Positions 19,122 through 29,351 are shown, counted from the first letter of the stretch. The stretch: 64,000 nucleotides of DNA from Candidatus Latescibacterota bacterium (GCA_965248355.1 OZ252098.1:1824001-1888000), one strand, 5' to 3'. Made by a program: numbers and translations. Notes: generated by a model from the sequence alone, not told the origin.

Positions 19122-20198
19122 CTACCCCCGGGGGGCCTGTTCGGGGAAGGGGGCGCGCAGGTCGTAGCGCCCCTCCACGAGCACCGGCAGGGTGCCGTCG
19201 TCGATCATCAGGTCCAGGGGGCACTCCCGGGTGGTCATGGGCAGCTCGACCACCCCCTTGACCCGCAGGGACTCGTAGAACGCCATCATGATCTCGAGGG
19301 TGTAGCGGGCCTGCACGCCGCTGCTGCGGTGCTCCTCGATCTCCCCGTCGAGCCAGGCGACGAACTCGTCGAACTGGGTGACCGGCACCCCGGGCGGCTC
19401 GATGCGCCGCCACCCCGCCTGCTCGGAGCTCTGCAGCAGCAGATTCCCGTCGGGTCTCACGCCGCCCTTCTCGGCGCGGATCTGCCCCTCCGTGCCGTAG
19501 ACCGTGGCCATGTCCACGGCCGGCTCCGGCAGGTCGCCCTCGTAGACCCCGCGGACCCCGCCCTCGAAGCAGACCAGCCCCATGCACAGGTCCTCGCACG
19601 GGCTGCGGCGCTCCCAGCGGTCCGTGGTCCGCGAGGTGTTGCCGATCACCCACAGGGGCTTCGGGTCACAGAGCATGTAGCGCCAGCTGTCGATGGCGTG
19701 GGTGCCGGTGTTCAGCAGGCCGGCGTTCGCCTTGGCGCGGTGGTGGACCATGGTGGGCTCGCCGATGGCCCCGGCGGCCACGAGTCGCCGCACCTCGTTC
19801 GGCGCCGGAGCGAACCGCCCCTGGTGGCCGATGGCCAGCTTGGTGCCGGCCCGGTCGCAGGCGGCGATCATGTCCTCCGCCTCTCCCAGGGCGGCGGCGA
19901 TCGGCTTCTCGCCCAGGACCCCCTTCACGCCGGCTTCGGCGGCGGCGATGGTCACCTCGGCGCGGACCCCCTGCCAGGTGGGCACGCTGAGGATGTCGAT
20001 CTGCTCCCTGGCGAGCATCTCGCGGTAGTCGCCGAACACGGCGGGCACGCCGTGCTCCCCGGCCAGGGCCTGCGCCCTCTCGAGGTCGACATCGGCCAGG
20101 GCCACCACCTCGGCCCGCGGGTGCCCGCTCCAGGAACGGGTGTGCGAGCGGCCCATGCCGCCGCATCCGACCACGCCGACCCGGTATATCTCCGCCAT
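19122..20198 (-). CDS. Gfo/Idh/MocA family oxidoreductase
   Basis: GVVGCGGMG, EKP, GHQGRF, NTGTHAID. Confidence 0.9.
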   Translation of the reverse strand: MAEIYRVGVVGCGGMGRSHTRSWSGHPRAEVVALADVDLERAQALAGEHGVPAVFGDYREMLAREQIDILSVPTWQGVRAEVTIAAAEAGVKGVLGEKPIAAALGEAEDMIAACDRAGTKLAIGHQGRFAPAPNEVRRLVAAGAIGEPTMVHHRAKANAGLLNTGTHAIDSWRYMLCDPKPLWVIGNTSRTTDRWERRSPCEDLCMGLVCFEGGVRGVYEGDLPEPAVDMATVYGTEGQIRAEKGGVRPDGNLLLQSSEQAGWRRIEPPGVPVTQFDEFVAWLDGEIEEHRSSGVQARYTLEIMMAFYESLRVKGVVELPMTTRECPLDLMIDDGTLPVLVEGRYDLRAPFPEQAPRG

Positions 20199-20220
20199 CT
20201 TCTCCTCCTTCTGCTCTTCG

Positions 20221-21027
20221 TCAGGGTTGGTGATCCAGCCGCACCGTGGGCTCGTCGTTGGCCAGGAAGCGCTCCGCCGTGTTGTGCGTCGCCGGGCTCG
20301 TGCGGAAGTCGGCGATCCAGGGCTCGCGGAACCAGGCCTGCTTCTCCCGGGGCAGGGCCGCCATCACCTCGGGGGGGATCCTCAGGCGGTGCCAGTGGGT
20401 GGCCAGGTGCGAGTAGGCGTTGAGCACCGCCACCCTCGGGGTTTCCCGTTTCCACTCCGGTCCCGCGTGGCACAGGTTCTCCGTGAAGAACACGGCGCTT
20501 CCCGCGGGACAGTCGTAGCTGGTGAGGAACTCGCTGCGCCGGCCCTCCTCCAGCGACAGGTGATCGGGATGCATGGGGAAGTTGGCCTTGTGGCTGCCGG
20601 GGATGAAGTGGGTGCCCCCGTCCTCCCGGGTCACTTCGGTGAGCTCGAAGACCACCCGCACCATGCCGGCGTGGATGCGGCCGTGTGCGCACCGGTAGCC
20701 GAAGATCGGATCGATCTGGCCGGGACCGCCGCCGTGCAGCTCACCGTGCCGCTCCCCCTTCTTCCGCCACACGCAGTAGGTCCCCTCCACGCGGATCTCC
20801 GGACCGATGATCTCGTGGAGCACCTCGATCACCTTCGGATGGTCGATGAGCAGGCTGGCCGCCCCTCCCGGCATGGCCCGCTCCTCGGGCGCCAGCGACT
20901 CGGGATCGTGGTGGATGCGGTCGATCTGGTCGACGATGGCCTCGATCTCCTGCGGCTCCAGGATGGCGGGCCTCACCAGGTACCCCGTCAGATCGAACCG
21001 GAACCTCTCTTCCTCCGTCATGCCCAT
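20221..21027 (-). CDS. PhyH family Fe/2OG oxygenase with HxG motif
   Basis: FDLTGYLV, LHGGG, GGTHFIPGSHK, LCHAG. Start ATG 21027 or 21021 after AAGGAG. Confidence 0.85.
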   Translation of the reverse strand: MGMTEEERFRFDLTGYLVRPAILEPQEIEAIVDQIDRIHHDPESLAPEERAMPGGAASLLIDHPKVIEVLHEIIGPEIRVEGTYCVWRKKGERHGELHGGGPGQIDPIFGYRCAHGRIHAGMVRVVFELTEVTREDGGTHFIPGSHKANFPMHPDHLSLEEGRRSEFLTSYDCPAGSAVFFTENLCHAGPEWKRETPRVAVLNAYSHLATHWHRLRIPPEVMAALPREKQAWFREPWIADFRTSPATHNTAERFLANDEPTVRLDHQP

Positions 21028-21154
21028 TGGATTGCTCCTTCTGTCGTTTCGGGCCCGGGGGATCGCACGGGGGCCACAAGATAGCGGGGCCCACCGGCCG
21101 GCCGCCACGGGGAAGGGGCCCTTTCTCACCCCAGGTCTGGGGGCGGCCCCGCCG

Positions 21155-21183
21155 TTGAGCCTCCGCCCCGGTGGTCGTAGTCT
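21155..21183 (+). promoter_or_regulatory. Sigma70-type promoter candidate
   Basis: TTGAGC-N17-TAGTCT about 30 bp upstream of the ankyrin gene, which has an AGGAGGAGG RBS. Confidence 0.5.
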
Positions 21184-21211
21184 ACTGGCACACACGGGAA
21201 AGGAGGAGGCC

Positions 21212-21607
21212 ATGTCACCACCGAAAGCGGCGATCGCCCCGGAACGGGTGCAACAGTTCGTGAACGACGCCCACGGCGACCTGGACAGCGTCGCGAAGAT
21301 GCTGGAGGAGGAGCCGGCCCTCCTCAACGCCTGCTGGGACTGGGGAGGGGGAGACTGGGAGACCGGCCTCGGGGCGGCGGCGCACATGGGCCGCCGCGAC
21401 ATCGCCGAGCTCCTGCTCGGCCGTGGCGCCCGCATCGACCTGTTCGCCGCGGCCATGCTGGGCAAGCTCGAGATCGTGAAAGCCGTGGTCGAGGACGACC
21501 CGGAGGTGGTCGATCGGAAGGGGCCTCACGGGATCTCCCTGACGACGCACGCGAGGAAGGGAGGCAAGGCGGCGGCGGCGGTCGTGAAATACCTGAAGAG
21601 CCGGTAG
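21212..21607 (+). CDS. Small ankyrin-repeat protein
   Basis: DAHGDLDSVAKMLEEEPALLNA, ETGLGAAAHMGRRDIAELLLGRGA, GPHGISLTTHA. Confidence 0.85.
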   Translation: MSPPKAAIAPERVQQFVNDAHGDLDSVAKMLEEEPALLNACWDWGGGDWETGLGAAAHMGRRDIAELLLGRGARIDLFAAAMLGKLEIVKAVVEDDPEVVDRKGPHGISLTTHARKGGKAAAAVVKYLKSR

Positions 21608-21636
21608 AGCCATCCTCACCAGACGAAAGGCAAGCC

Positions 21637-22554
21637 ATGGCCAAGGCGAAGAGCAGGAAGACGAGAACGAGACAGAAGGCAGAGCCTCCCGTCCTCCGCC
21701 ACATGTGCTCCGTGGGCACCCTGATGGGCTGCGGAGACAAGCGCGGAGAGTGGACGATACCGCAGAAGCTGCGGCGCATCCGCAACGCCGGCTTCGACGG
21801 GTTCCTCGGGCGGGTCACCATGTTTCCGCCCGAGGTGGTCGAGGAATCGGGCCTGATCTTCGCCTGCACCACCGACATGGGCGGACCCCACGAGGCGGAG
21901 CGCAAGCTCAAGCGCATCCGCAAGTACGGGGCCCGCGTGGTCAACGTGCAGATGCTCGACCACGACACCGGCACCGACGAGGCGGTGACCTGCGCCCGAG
22001 AGGTCATGCGCGTCGCCGGCGAGCTGGAGATGGATGTCTCCATCGAGGTCCACCGCGACACCTGCACGGAGACCCCGGAGAAGGCCTATGCCTTGGCCGA
22101 GGGTTTCGAGAAGGCCGAGAAGCGCCCCCTCAAGATGACCTGGGACTTCTCCCACCCCGCGGTGGTGAAGCACCTGTCGCCGCCGTACTTCAAGCGCCTC
22201 GTGGAGCGCCCCGACCTGGTGCAGCTGGCCAACCAGATCCACTTCCGCCCCTTCAACGGCCATCACGCCATGGTCCCCGCCCTCGGACGGGGCGGCAAGC
22301 TGACGCCGGAGTTCAAGGACTGCATGGAGTTCGGCGACCAGTTGCTGGCCCTGTGGCTGAAGGCGGCGCCCCCGGGCCGCGAGTTGTTCGTCTGCCCGGA
22401 GCAGATCGCCGGCGGCTACCACCTCTCGGTCTTCGGCGACCGCTTCAAGGACGTGAAGGCGATCAAGGCGGAGCTGGAGAAGAGCTGGAGGCGCAACCTG
22501 CGCGGGTGGAAGCCGCCGCGGAAGAAACGGGCGAAGAAGGCGCGGCAGCGGTAA
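21637..22554 (+). CDS. Xylose-isomerase-like TIM-barrel (sugar phosphate isomerase/epimerase) protein
   Basis: IEVHRDT, TWDFSH, IHFRP, CPE metal-site pattern. Basic N- and C-terminal tails. Confidence 0.7.
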   Translation: MAKAKSRKTRTRQKAEPPVLRHMCSVGTLMGCGDKRGEWTIPQKLRRIRNAGFDGFLGRVTMFPPEVVEESGLIFACTTDMGGPHEAERKLKRIRKYGARVVNVQMLDHDTGTDEAVTCAREVMRVAGELEMDVSIEVHRDTCTETPEKAYALAEGFEKAEKRPLKMTWDFSHPAVVKHLSPPYFKRLVERPDLVQLANQIHFRPFNGHHAMVPALGRGGKLTPEFKDCMEFGDQLLALWLKAAPPGRELFVCPEQIAGGYHLSVFGDRFKDVKAIKAELEKSWRRNLRGWKPPRKKRAKKARQR

Positions 22555-22618
22555 ACTGCCCATCCACTGCATTGGCCGGAGACTTGAGCGGCACCTGCCG
22601 TAACACCGCCGCGACTGG

Positions 22619-23539
22619 CTAATCGAAGGCGGCCTTGATGCGGGCCCAGGAAATCGACCCGACGGCTGTGGAGACACAGTCGTTCCAGTCGGTCGAAGTG
22701 GAGCTTGTACCCCCGTCCCACCCGACCAACAGACCGTCGGTAAAGCGATCGGCGTCGCGCCAGGAATAGGCCGCACCGGTCAGGGTGTGGAAGGCTCGGT
22801 GGTGGCCCGGCACGTCGAAGTCGGGAATCGCGATCTGGAAACCGATGATCTTGCCCGGCGACAGCTCCGATGCCCTGGAGGCGGCCTCGTCGTCGTAGAT
22901 GAGGTCGTCAAAGGGTGTCACCTTGATTTCGGTGACGGTCGTTACCGGCCCGTCGCCTAAAACCGCTCCGCCACCGGCTGCGTACGGCTCCCCCTTGACC
23001 CAATCCGGTCCACCGACGTGGTCGACGTATTGGCCATCCGGGGTCTCGGCGATGGCGTTCCAGTGCTGGGCCTGACGATAGTTCGACGCTCTCTCTTCCT
23101 CCGTACAATCGGCGCAATTGAAGACAAACTCGCCACCCGAGTGATCGCCGTCGACCATGAACTCCAGGTGGGAGTCCCAATTCCACATGCGGCCATCCCC
23201 GGCATATTCGTTGACGTACACGTCATCGGTGCGCTCCATGGCGAGCCAGATGGTGTTGCTGGCGTCGTGCCAGGCCATCCAGAGTTCGTAGTCCATATCG
23301 GCCGGATCGTACTGAGCACCGTCACCCACCGTGGGATCGGCCAGGAGATCATCCGCCACCAGCGACGGCTGGCCGGCGAGGTCACGCCACTCGTCGACGC
23401 TGCCGTCGCTCACGTCGATGCATGGGAGATAGGTGTCGGGGATCTCGAAGAAGGGGTATGGACCCGCACCCACGTGGGCCGTGGCCTCGCTGGCGAGGAC
23501 GAGGACCAGGAGCCCCGGTAAGGAAGGAGATGTGCGCAT
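22619..23539 (-). CDS. Secreted CBM9-like protein with C-terminal TAVxxxSWARIK tail
   Basis: Signal-peptide-like N-terminus; DGSVDEW, MAWHDASNTIWLAMERTDD, EFMVDGD; ends STAVGSISWARIKAAFD. Confidence 0.65.
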   Translation of the reverse strand: MRTSPSLPGLLVLVLASEATAHVGAGPYPFFEIPDTYLPCIDVSDGSVDEWRDLAGQPSLVADDLLADPTVGDGAQYDPADMDYELWMAWHDASNTIWLAMERTDDVYVNEYAGDGRMWNWDSHLEFMVDGDHSGGEFVFNCADCTEEERASNYRQAQHWNAIAETPDGQYVDHVGGPDWVKGEPYAAGGGAVLGDGPVTTVTEIKVTPFDDLIYDDEAASRASELSPGKIIGFQIAIPDFDVPGHHRAFHTLTGAAYSWRDADRFTDGLLVGWDGGTSSTSTDWNDCVSTAVGSISWARIKAAFD

Positions 23540-23561
23540 CGTGGCTCCTATCGGTGGATGG

Positions 23562-24224
23562 TCAGAACAGCCGCTCGGCGCCCTCCAGCCGCATCAGGCT
23601 CCAGATCACTCCGGAAGCCAGTGGCCGCGTCTGGAGGACGGCGCTGCCCCCGGTGCGCAGGGGGAAGCGGTCGTGCTCCCAGGGCACGGCCTCCAGCCCG
23701 AGCAGGTGGGAGACCACGACGCCGCTGGTGCCGCCGTGACAGACCAGCAGCAGGGAGAGATCCGCGTCGGGGGTCCGCCAGAGGCGGTAGCCGTCGTCAT
23801 CGAAGGGGCCGGTCCCGAACCCGGAGAGCAACTCCTCGAGGCCGCCGATCACGCGCCGCCGGAAGTCCCGGAAGGACTCGCCGCCGGGCATGCCGTCCCA
23901 CCACTCGGCCGGAGGCCGGCCCCGCACCGCCTCGAAAGCCGCGTCCACCTCCGCCCCGGGGCGGCCCTCGAAGGCGGGAGGCGACTGCTCGGCCAGCCAG
24001 GGGCACACCCGCGTTTCCATGCCGAGACGGCGGGCCAGCGGCTCCGCCGTCTGCAGGGCCCGGCGCAGGGGGCTGACGAAGAGCGCGTCGAAGCGCTCGC
24101 CGGCCAGTTCCTCGCACAAGGTCTCGACCTCCTCCACGCCTGACGCGGTCAGCTCGGGATCGTCGACGGCGAGGCCGTCCACGATCCACGCCGGCTCGCC
24201 GTGGCGCACCAGGCGCAGGCGCAT
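23562..24224 (-). CDS. Histidine phosphatase (phosphoglycerate mutase) family protein
   Basis: LVRHGE, SPLRRALQTA, GGES, VCHGG. Confidence 0.9.
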   Translation of the reverse strand: MRLRLVRHGEPAWIVDGLAVDDPELTASGVEEVETLCEELAGERFDALFVSPLRRALQTAEPLARRLGMETRVCPWLAEQSPPAFEGRPGAEVDAAFEAVRGRPPAEWWDGMPGGESFRDFRRRVIGGLEELLSGFGTGPFDDDGYRLWRTPDADLSLLLVCHGGTSGVVVSHLLGLEAVPWEHDRFPLRTGGSAVLQTRPLASGVIWSLMRLEGAERLF

Positions 24225-24261
24225 CACGCCGGGCCCCGGGCGCCGGGTGGCAGAGGCGCTC

Positions 24262-25896
24262 TCACCAGTGCCTGGCCACCCTCTCCTCCGCCCTCGTCAT
24301 CACCTCGACGACGGCGGGCCGGCCCTCGCGGTTCGCCCTCACGGCGCGCCCGATGGCGGCGCGCACCTCGCCGGGCCGGTCGACGCGCTCGGCGTGGGCC
24401 CCCAACTCCCGCGCCACCCCGGAGTAGCAGCCGCCGAGGCGATGGACCTCGTGCACCCGGCTGGCCTCGGGCAGGTTCTTGTCGTAGTGGGTCATGACGC
24501 CGTTGTTGAGGACCACCGTCAGGATGGGGATCTCGGCGCGCACCGCGGTCTCCACGTCCATGCCGGCCATGCCGAAGGCGGCGTCCCCCATGACGTTGAT
24601 CACCGTCTTCTCCGGCGCCGCCAGCTTGGCGCCCAGGGCCAGCCCGAGGCCGTATCCCAGCTGCGTCGACTTGCCCCAGCCCAGGTACCCCCTCGGAGTC
24701 ACCGCCCGCCACATGGGCAGCAACTGGTCGCGCGGATACCCGGAATCGTGGGTGACGATCGCCTCTTCCGGCGGCACCGCGGCGGCCATCTCCGCAAAGA
24801 CCCGGTACGGGTTGACGGGGACCTCGTCCGAAAGCCGCAGCGGGCGCCACTGCTCCTCGAACTCCCGGCGGATCTCGGCCACCGCCGCGCTCACCGGACG
24901 GCGGTCCCGGCCGCTCTCCCCGGCCTGGCGGCGGACCTCCTCCGTCATCTGCCCGAGCACCAGGCGGGCATCTCCGAGGGCGCCGTGGTCGACGACGTGG
25001 TCCCGGTTCAGGTCGACCGGATCGTTGGTGACCTGGGCGACGACCGCGTTCTCCGGCAGGGGAAAGGCGAAGGTCGACTTCGTCAGGCTTGAGCCGATGG
25101 CGAGGACGAAATCCGCCCTTTCCAGGAACCGCGCCGCCATGAGCGCGCCCGAGTGACCTCCCGTGCCGAGGGACAGCTCGTGGTCCTCGGGGAAGACGCT
25201 CTTGGCCGCCATGGTCGTCATCACCGGGACCGCCGCCAGCTCGGCGAAGGCGGTCAGCTCGTCCCAGGCCCGGGCCCACAGGGTCCCGTGGCCGGCGAGG
25301 ATCACCGGACGCTCGGCCCGCAGCAGGGCCGTGACGAGATCGCGCACGTCGTCCTCGTCCCCCTTCGACCGCAGCTCCCGCGGAGGCTCGTACTCGAAGT
25401 CCGGGGCCTCCTCGCCGGCCACGTCGGCGGGGATCTCCACCAGTACCGGCCCCGGCCGGCCGTGGCGCATCTGCGAGAAGGCGACGCGCATCAGCTCCGA
25501 GACGCGCCCGGGCTGGTTGATGTTGGCCGCCCACTTGGTGACCCTCCGGTAGCCGGCGGCCGCCTCGTAGCTCGGGTGCACCTGGGTGCGGTCGCCGGGG
25601 GGCCCCCCGGGCAGCAGCAGCAGCGGGATCGAGTCGGCGAAGGCCTGGGCCGCTCCCGGGTAGGCGTTCTCCGCCCCCGGTCCCTGCTGCATGGTGAAGA
25701 CCCCGAAGGCCTCGCGGTTGCGGACCCGGCTGAAGCCGTCGGCCATGTTGACGCCGGTGCGCTCGGTGCGGGTGATGATGGGGCGGATCCCGGCGAGGGT
25801 GGCCGAGTCGATCAGGGTCTGCTGGGGGAAGGCGGCGATCCACTCCACCCCCTCGGCCTTCAGGATCCGCGCGATGCCGTCGTTGACTGTCGCCAT
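24262..25896 (-). CDS. Thiamine pyrophosphate-requiring enzyme (acetolactate-synthase-like superfamily)
   Basis: ILKAEGVE, MADGFSR, QQGPGAEN, GDAAFGM...VLNN TPP motif. Confidence 0.9.
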   Translation of the reverse strand: MATVNDGIARILKAEGVEWIAAFPQQTLIDSATLAGIRPIITRTERTGVNMADGFSRVRNREAFGVFTMQQGPGAENAYPGAAQAFADSIPLLLLPGGPPGDRTQVHPSYEAAAGYRRVTKWAANINQPGRVSELMRVAFSQMRHGRPGPVLVEIPADVAGEEAPDFEYEPPRELRSKGDEDDVRDLVTALLRAERPVILAGHGTLWARAWDELTAFAELAAVPVMTTMAAKSVFPEDHELSLGTGGHSGALMAARFLERADFVLAIGSSLTKSTFAFPLPENAVVAQVTNDPVDLNRDHVVDHGALGDARLVLGQMTEEVRRQAGESGRDRRPVSAAVAEIRREFEEQWRPLRLSDEVPVNPYRVFAEMAAAVPPEEAIVTHDSGYPRDQLLPMWRAVTPRGYLGWGKSTQLGYGLGLALGAKLAAPEKTVINVMGDAAFGMAGMDVETAVRAEIPILTVVLNNGVMTHYDKNLPEASRVHEVHRLGGCYSGVARELGAHAERVDRPGEVRAAIGRAVRANREGRPAVVEVMTRAEERVARHW

Positions 25897-25964
25897 GGGA
25901 GGGACTCCGATCGGTTCGTTTTCGTATGATTCCGGCCCTTCAACCAATCACCTTTGAGGAACGG

Positions 25965-26984
25965 ATGCCAGCCTTGAAGGCCATTCTCTGCGGACTGGGC
26001 GGACGCGGGCGCCACTGGCTCCAGGCCTGCCGCGACCACGGCGGCGTCGACCTGGCGGCCGTGGTCGAGCCCGCCCCGGCCAACCGCCAGCGCGCCCTCA
26101 CCGAGCTGGCCGTGCCCGGGGACCTGCTCTTCGAGGACCTGACCAGCGCGGCCGGCGCCGTGGAGGCCGACTTCGTGGTCGACGTGACCCCTCCCGCCGT
26201 GCACGAGAGCATCGCCCTCAGCGCTTTCGAGGCCGGCCTGCACCTGCTGGGAGAGAAGCCGCTGAGCGACGACTTCGCCGCCGCCCGCCGCATCGTCGAT
26301 GCCGGGCGGCGCTCCGGCCGGCGCCACATGATCACCCAGAACTACCGCTTCAACCCCCAGCCGCGGACGACGCGCCGACTCCTCGACGAGGGCCTCATCG
26401 GCGGCTGCGCCCAGCTCGACGTCTCCCTCTACGTGAGCTGGGCCGACAACCCCGGCAGCCACTACGTCACCGAGCCCTACATGTTCCTCACCGACATGGG
26501 CATCCACCACTTCGACATGATGCGCTACACCCTCGGCCTGGAGCCGCTGAGCGTGCGCGCCGTCACCTGGAACCTGCCCTGGGGCTGGCACCGGGGCGAC
26601 GCCTGCCAGCTGGTACTGTTCCGCTTCGAGGGCGGCGTCGTGGCCACCCACCGCGGCATCGGCTGCACCGTGGGCCACGTCCCCGCCGGCCACAACGGCG
26701 AGTGGCGCTACGAGGGTCCGGCCGGGACCCTGACCTGGGAGGGCTCCCGGCTCTATCACACCCACTCCCACAGGGCCGACCCGCGGGTTCGAGAGGAGGT
26801 GAGCCTGGACCCGGCGGGGCCGGAAGGGCGCCATCCCGTGCTGCACGAGTTCGTCAGCGCCCTGAAGGAGGACCGCGAGCCCGAGTGCAGCGCCGCCGAC
26901 AACCTCAAGTCCATGGCCATGGTCTTCGGCGCCGTGGCCAGCGCCCGGCAGGGCGGCGTCGAGATCGACCTGGAGGAGTTGTGA
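25965..26984 (+). CDS. Gfo/Idh/MocA family oxidoreductase
   Basis: LCGLGGRG, EKPL, QNYRF, DMGIHHFD. Confidence 0.9.
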   Translation: MPALKAILCGLGGRGRHWLQACRDHGGVDLAAVVEPAPANRQRALTELAVPGDLLFEDLTSAAGAVEADFVVDVTPPAVHESIALSAFEAGLHLLGEKPLSDDFAAARRIVDAGRRSGRRHMITQNYRFNPQPRTTRRLLDEGLIGGCAQLDVSLYVSWADNPGSHYVTEPYMFLTDMGIHHFDMMRYTLGLEPLSVRAVTWNLPWGWHRGDACQLVLFRFEGGVVATHRGIGCTVGHVPAGHNGEWRYEGPAGTLTWEGSRLYHTHSHRADPRVREEVSLDPAGPEGRHPVLHEFVSALKEDREPECSAADNLKSMAMVFGAVASARQGGVEIDLEEL

Positions 26985-27781
26985 ACGAGCTCGAGGGACA
27001 GGTCGCCGTGGTCACCGGCGCCGCCCAGGGCCTCGGGCTGGCCACGGCCGAGGAGCTGGCCCGCCGGGGGGCCCGCGTGGTGCTCGCCGACCTGCAAGAC
27101 GGGGCCGTCGCCGATCACGCCCGCCGCCTCGCGGCCGAGGGCCTGGGGGCCGAGGCCTGCGCCCTCGACGTGACCGACAGCGCCGCCGTCGGAGAGGCCC
27201 TGGGGTCCCTGGAGCGCCTCGACATCCTGGTCAACGCCGCCGGCGTGGGCCAGCGTGTCCTGCCGGTCTCCGAGCTGCCCGACGAGGAGTGGGACCGGGT
27301 CCTGGCCGCGACCCTCACCGGCACCTTCTACAGCTGCCGCGCCGCGGCGGCGGTCATGGAGCGCCAGGAGGCCGGCGCCATCGTCAACTTCGCCTCCATC
27401 AACGGCCAGAACCCGGCGGCCCTCGTGGCCGCCTACAACGTGGCCAAGGCGGGGGTCATCTCCCTGACGCGGACCCTGGCGCAGGAGCTGGCCGCCTACG
27501 GGGTGCGCGTCAACGCCGTGGCCCCGGGGCCGGTCTACACCCCCTTCAACCAGCGCAACATGGCGCAGCGGTCGGCGTCGCTGGGGATCACGGAGGAGGA
27601 GATGATCGAGCGCGTGCGCAAGGCGATCCCCCTCGGCCGCTGGGGCGAACCGGAGGAGATCGCCCGCACCGTCGCCTTCCTGTGCGGACCGGAGAGCACG
27701 TGGATGACCGGCGAGGTGGTGCGCGTCAGCGGCGGGATGGAAGGGGTGTCCGCGGCTCCGCCGAAGCGGTCCCGCGGCTAG
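26981..27781 (+). CDS. SDR family oxidoreductase
   Basis: TGAAQGLG, VNAAG, YNVAK (YxxxK), RVNAVAPG. GTGA overlap with the upstream stop. Confidence 0.93.
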   Translation: MNELEGQVAVVTGAAQGLGLATAEELARRGARVVLADLQDGAVADHARRLAAEGLGAEACALDVTDSAAVGEALGSLERLDILVNAAGVGQRVLPVSELPDEEWDRVLAATLTGTFYSCRAAAAVMERQEAGAIVNFASINGQNPAALVAAYNVAKAGVISLTRTLAQELAAYGVRVNAVAPGPVYTPFNQRNMAQRSASLGITEEEMIERVRKAIPLGRWGEPEEIARTVAFLCGPESTWMTGEVVRVSGGMEGVSAAPPKRSRG

Positions 27782-29333
27782 CTAGGAGATGCCTCGGCTC
27801 GGAGGCGGGCGATGGCTCCACGGGGGCCCTGAGAAAGGGGTCGGAAACCTGATCCTGCCATTGATACACCGGGGCGTCGTCACCGCTCTGCAAGTTGGGC
27901 TGGCTTCTCCCAGGGGTCAGGGAAGCGTCAATCATCTGGCGATCTATGGGATCGCCACTGCTGTCCCGTCTCCTGGAGTCCCGCATCCAGCGACCGTCCG
28001 CCGGAATGAGGCGCGGCGGATCCCAGGACACAGCTCCCCCGAATCCCCTGGTTCTGAGTTCCTTCCACATGAGTATCCCTACCAGTTCATCGAAGCGGTG
28101 CCAGGATACGAATTCCCCGAAGCCCTCGGCCGCTCGCAGGTCCAGGATGATCTCCGACGCATCACTCGGATGATCCTTGGTTACGATGCGGTAATACTCG
28201 GCGGGACCCGGATCTATGATCTTGTCCTCTACCGTTGCGGTTATGACCTCTCCCCCCATGTTCCAACCAAGTCGTTTTCGATACACAACGCTCGGGGCCA
28301 TCGGACTGGAACCATAGGGAATCACCGTCCTGGATATGGTCCCCGTCGCACCATCTGGATCGGCCCACACACCGGGGCCGTGAGCCGCAGACTGCATCAG
28401 GTTCCAGTCCGCTCCCGACCTCTCGCCACCTACCGTCTGTTCTGTATAGGGATTGGCCACCGTGAACTCCTGGAACGCCGGAGCATCCCAATCGGGCAGG
28501 CCAAGGAAATGTCCGATCTCGTGGGCATGTACGTTGATCCCTGAAGAGCGGTCCAAGGTCTGGTTGTCTGGTCTGCCGCTCCCCTTGCGTTCCGCCGCTA
28601 CGTACTGATAACCGTAACTCTCTACTCTCCCAGAGGTAGATGACGATGTTGTCGTCCGGTCGGCTCGGGGATGCAAACGACTGTTGTCCGCGATCTCCGG
28701 ACCGCCGTATACATATGCGACCTTATGACTCTTTCGTGAGGCAATGGTACTGCCATCGGGTAAGTCTGTGTAGCCTGCCGCGACGGCCGCCACGTAAGCG
28801 TGATCCCAGAAATTGTACATCCCCCGTGCATAGTCCCAACGTGTATGGGGCAGCCGGATCCAGTCCGGGTAATCCCGATTCTCGCCCGTCATGGCTCGGT
28901 TGACGATTCGAACTTCCAGACGGTAGTCCCCACCTGACACTTCGTTGTAGTAGTCGGCCACGCTACCAAATACGTGCGGCAGGTCTTCACCGCCATTGGC
29001 CACGGTCAGGTCGGTGCCGCTGAAACTCGTGCCTGAAACCCCGAAGAGACGCTTGAAATCGTCCAGGGTATAGGACGTTGTCCCAGGTACCCACTCGTCG
29101 GTCTGTGGCGAGCTAGCCGTGGCCGGAATGATGCGCAATGTACCACCATGGGGAATGTCATGATCGTTATGCCGGTAGGTGGTGTCACCCGCCGTGGGTG
29201 TTCCGTCAGCGAACCTGACCAGTACGACATCCAGCTTGCAGGGGCTTGTCCAGGTATGGCTGAGATCTTCTGCCTGGGGCCACAGAGGACAGGCAAGAGA
29301 CAAGAGCATCAGAGCAAGTCCATGGCATTTCAT
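27726..29333 (-). CDS. Immune inhibitor A / M6-like zinc metalloprotease, probably C-terminally truncated
   Basis: Signal peptide, VVLVRFAD, GSVADYYNEVSGG, HEIGHFLGLPD, WNLM Met-turn, KRLGW. After VSDPF (~27835) the frame runs into GC-rich flank and overlaps the SDR gene. Confidence 0.75.
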   Translation of the reverse strand: MKCHGLALMLLSLACPLWPQAEDLSHTWTSPCKLDVVLVRFADGTPTAGDTTYRHNDHDIPHGGTLRIIPATASSPQTDEWVPGTTSYTLDDFKRLFGVSGTSFSGTDLTVANGGEDLPHVFGSVADYYNEVSGGDYRLEVRIVNRAMTGENRDYPDWIRLPHTRWDYARGMYNFWDHAYVAAVAAGYTDLPDGSTIASRKSHKVAYVYGGPEIADNSRLHPRADRTTTSSSTSGRVESYGYQYVAAERKGSGRPDNQTLDRSSGINVHAHEIGHFLGLPDWDAPAFQEFTVANPYTEQTVGGERSGADWNLMQSAAHGPGVWADPDGATGTISRTVIPYGSSPMAPSVVYRKRLGWNMGGEVITATVEDKIIDPGPAEYYRIVTKDHPSDASEIILDLRAAEGFGEFVSWHRFDELVGILMWKELRTRGFGGAVSWDPPRLIPADGRWMRDSRRRDSSGDPIDRQMIDASLTPGRSQPNLQSGDDAPVYQWQDQVSDPFLRAPVEPSPASEPRHLLASRGTASAEPRTPLPSRR

Positions 29334-29351
29334 AGGAATTGGCCATCATCC

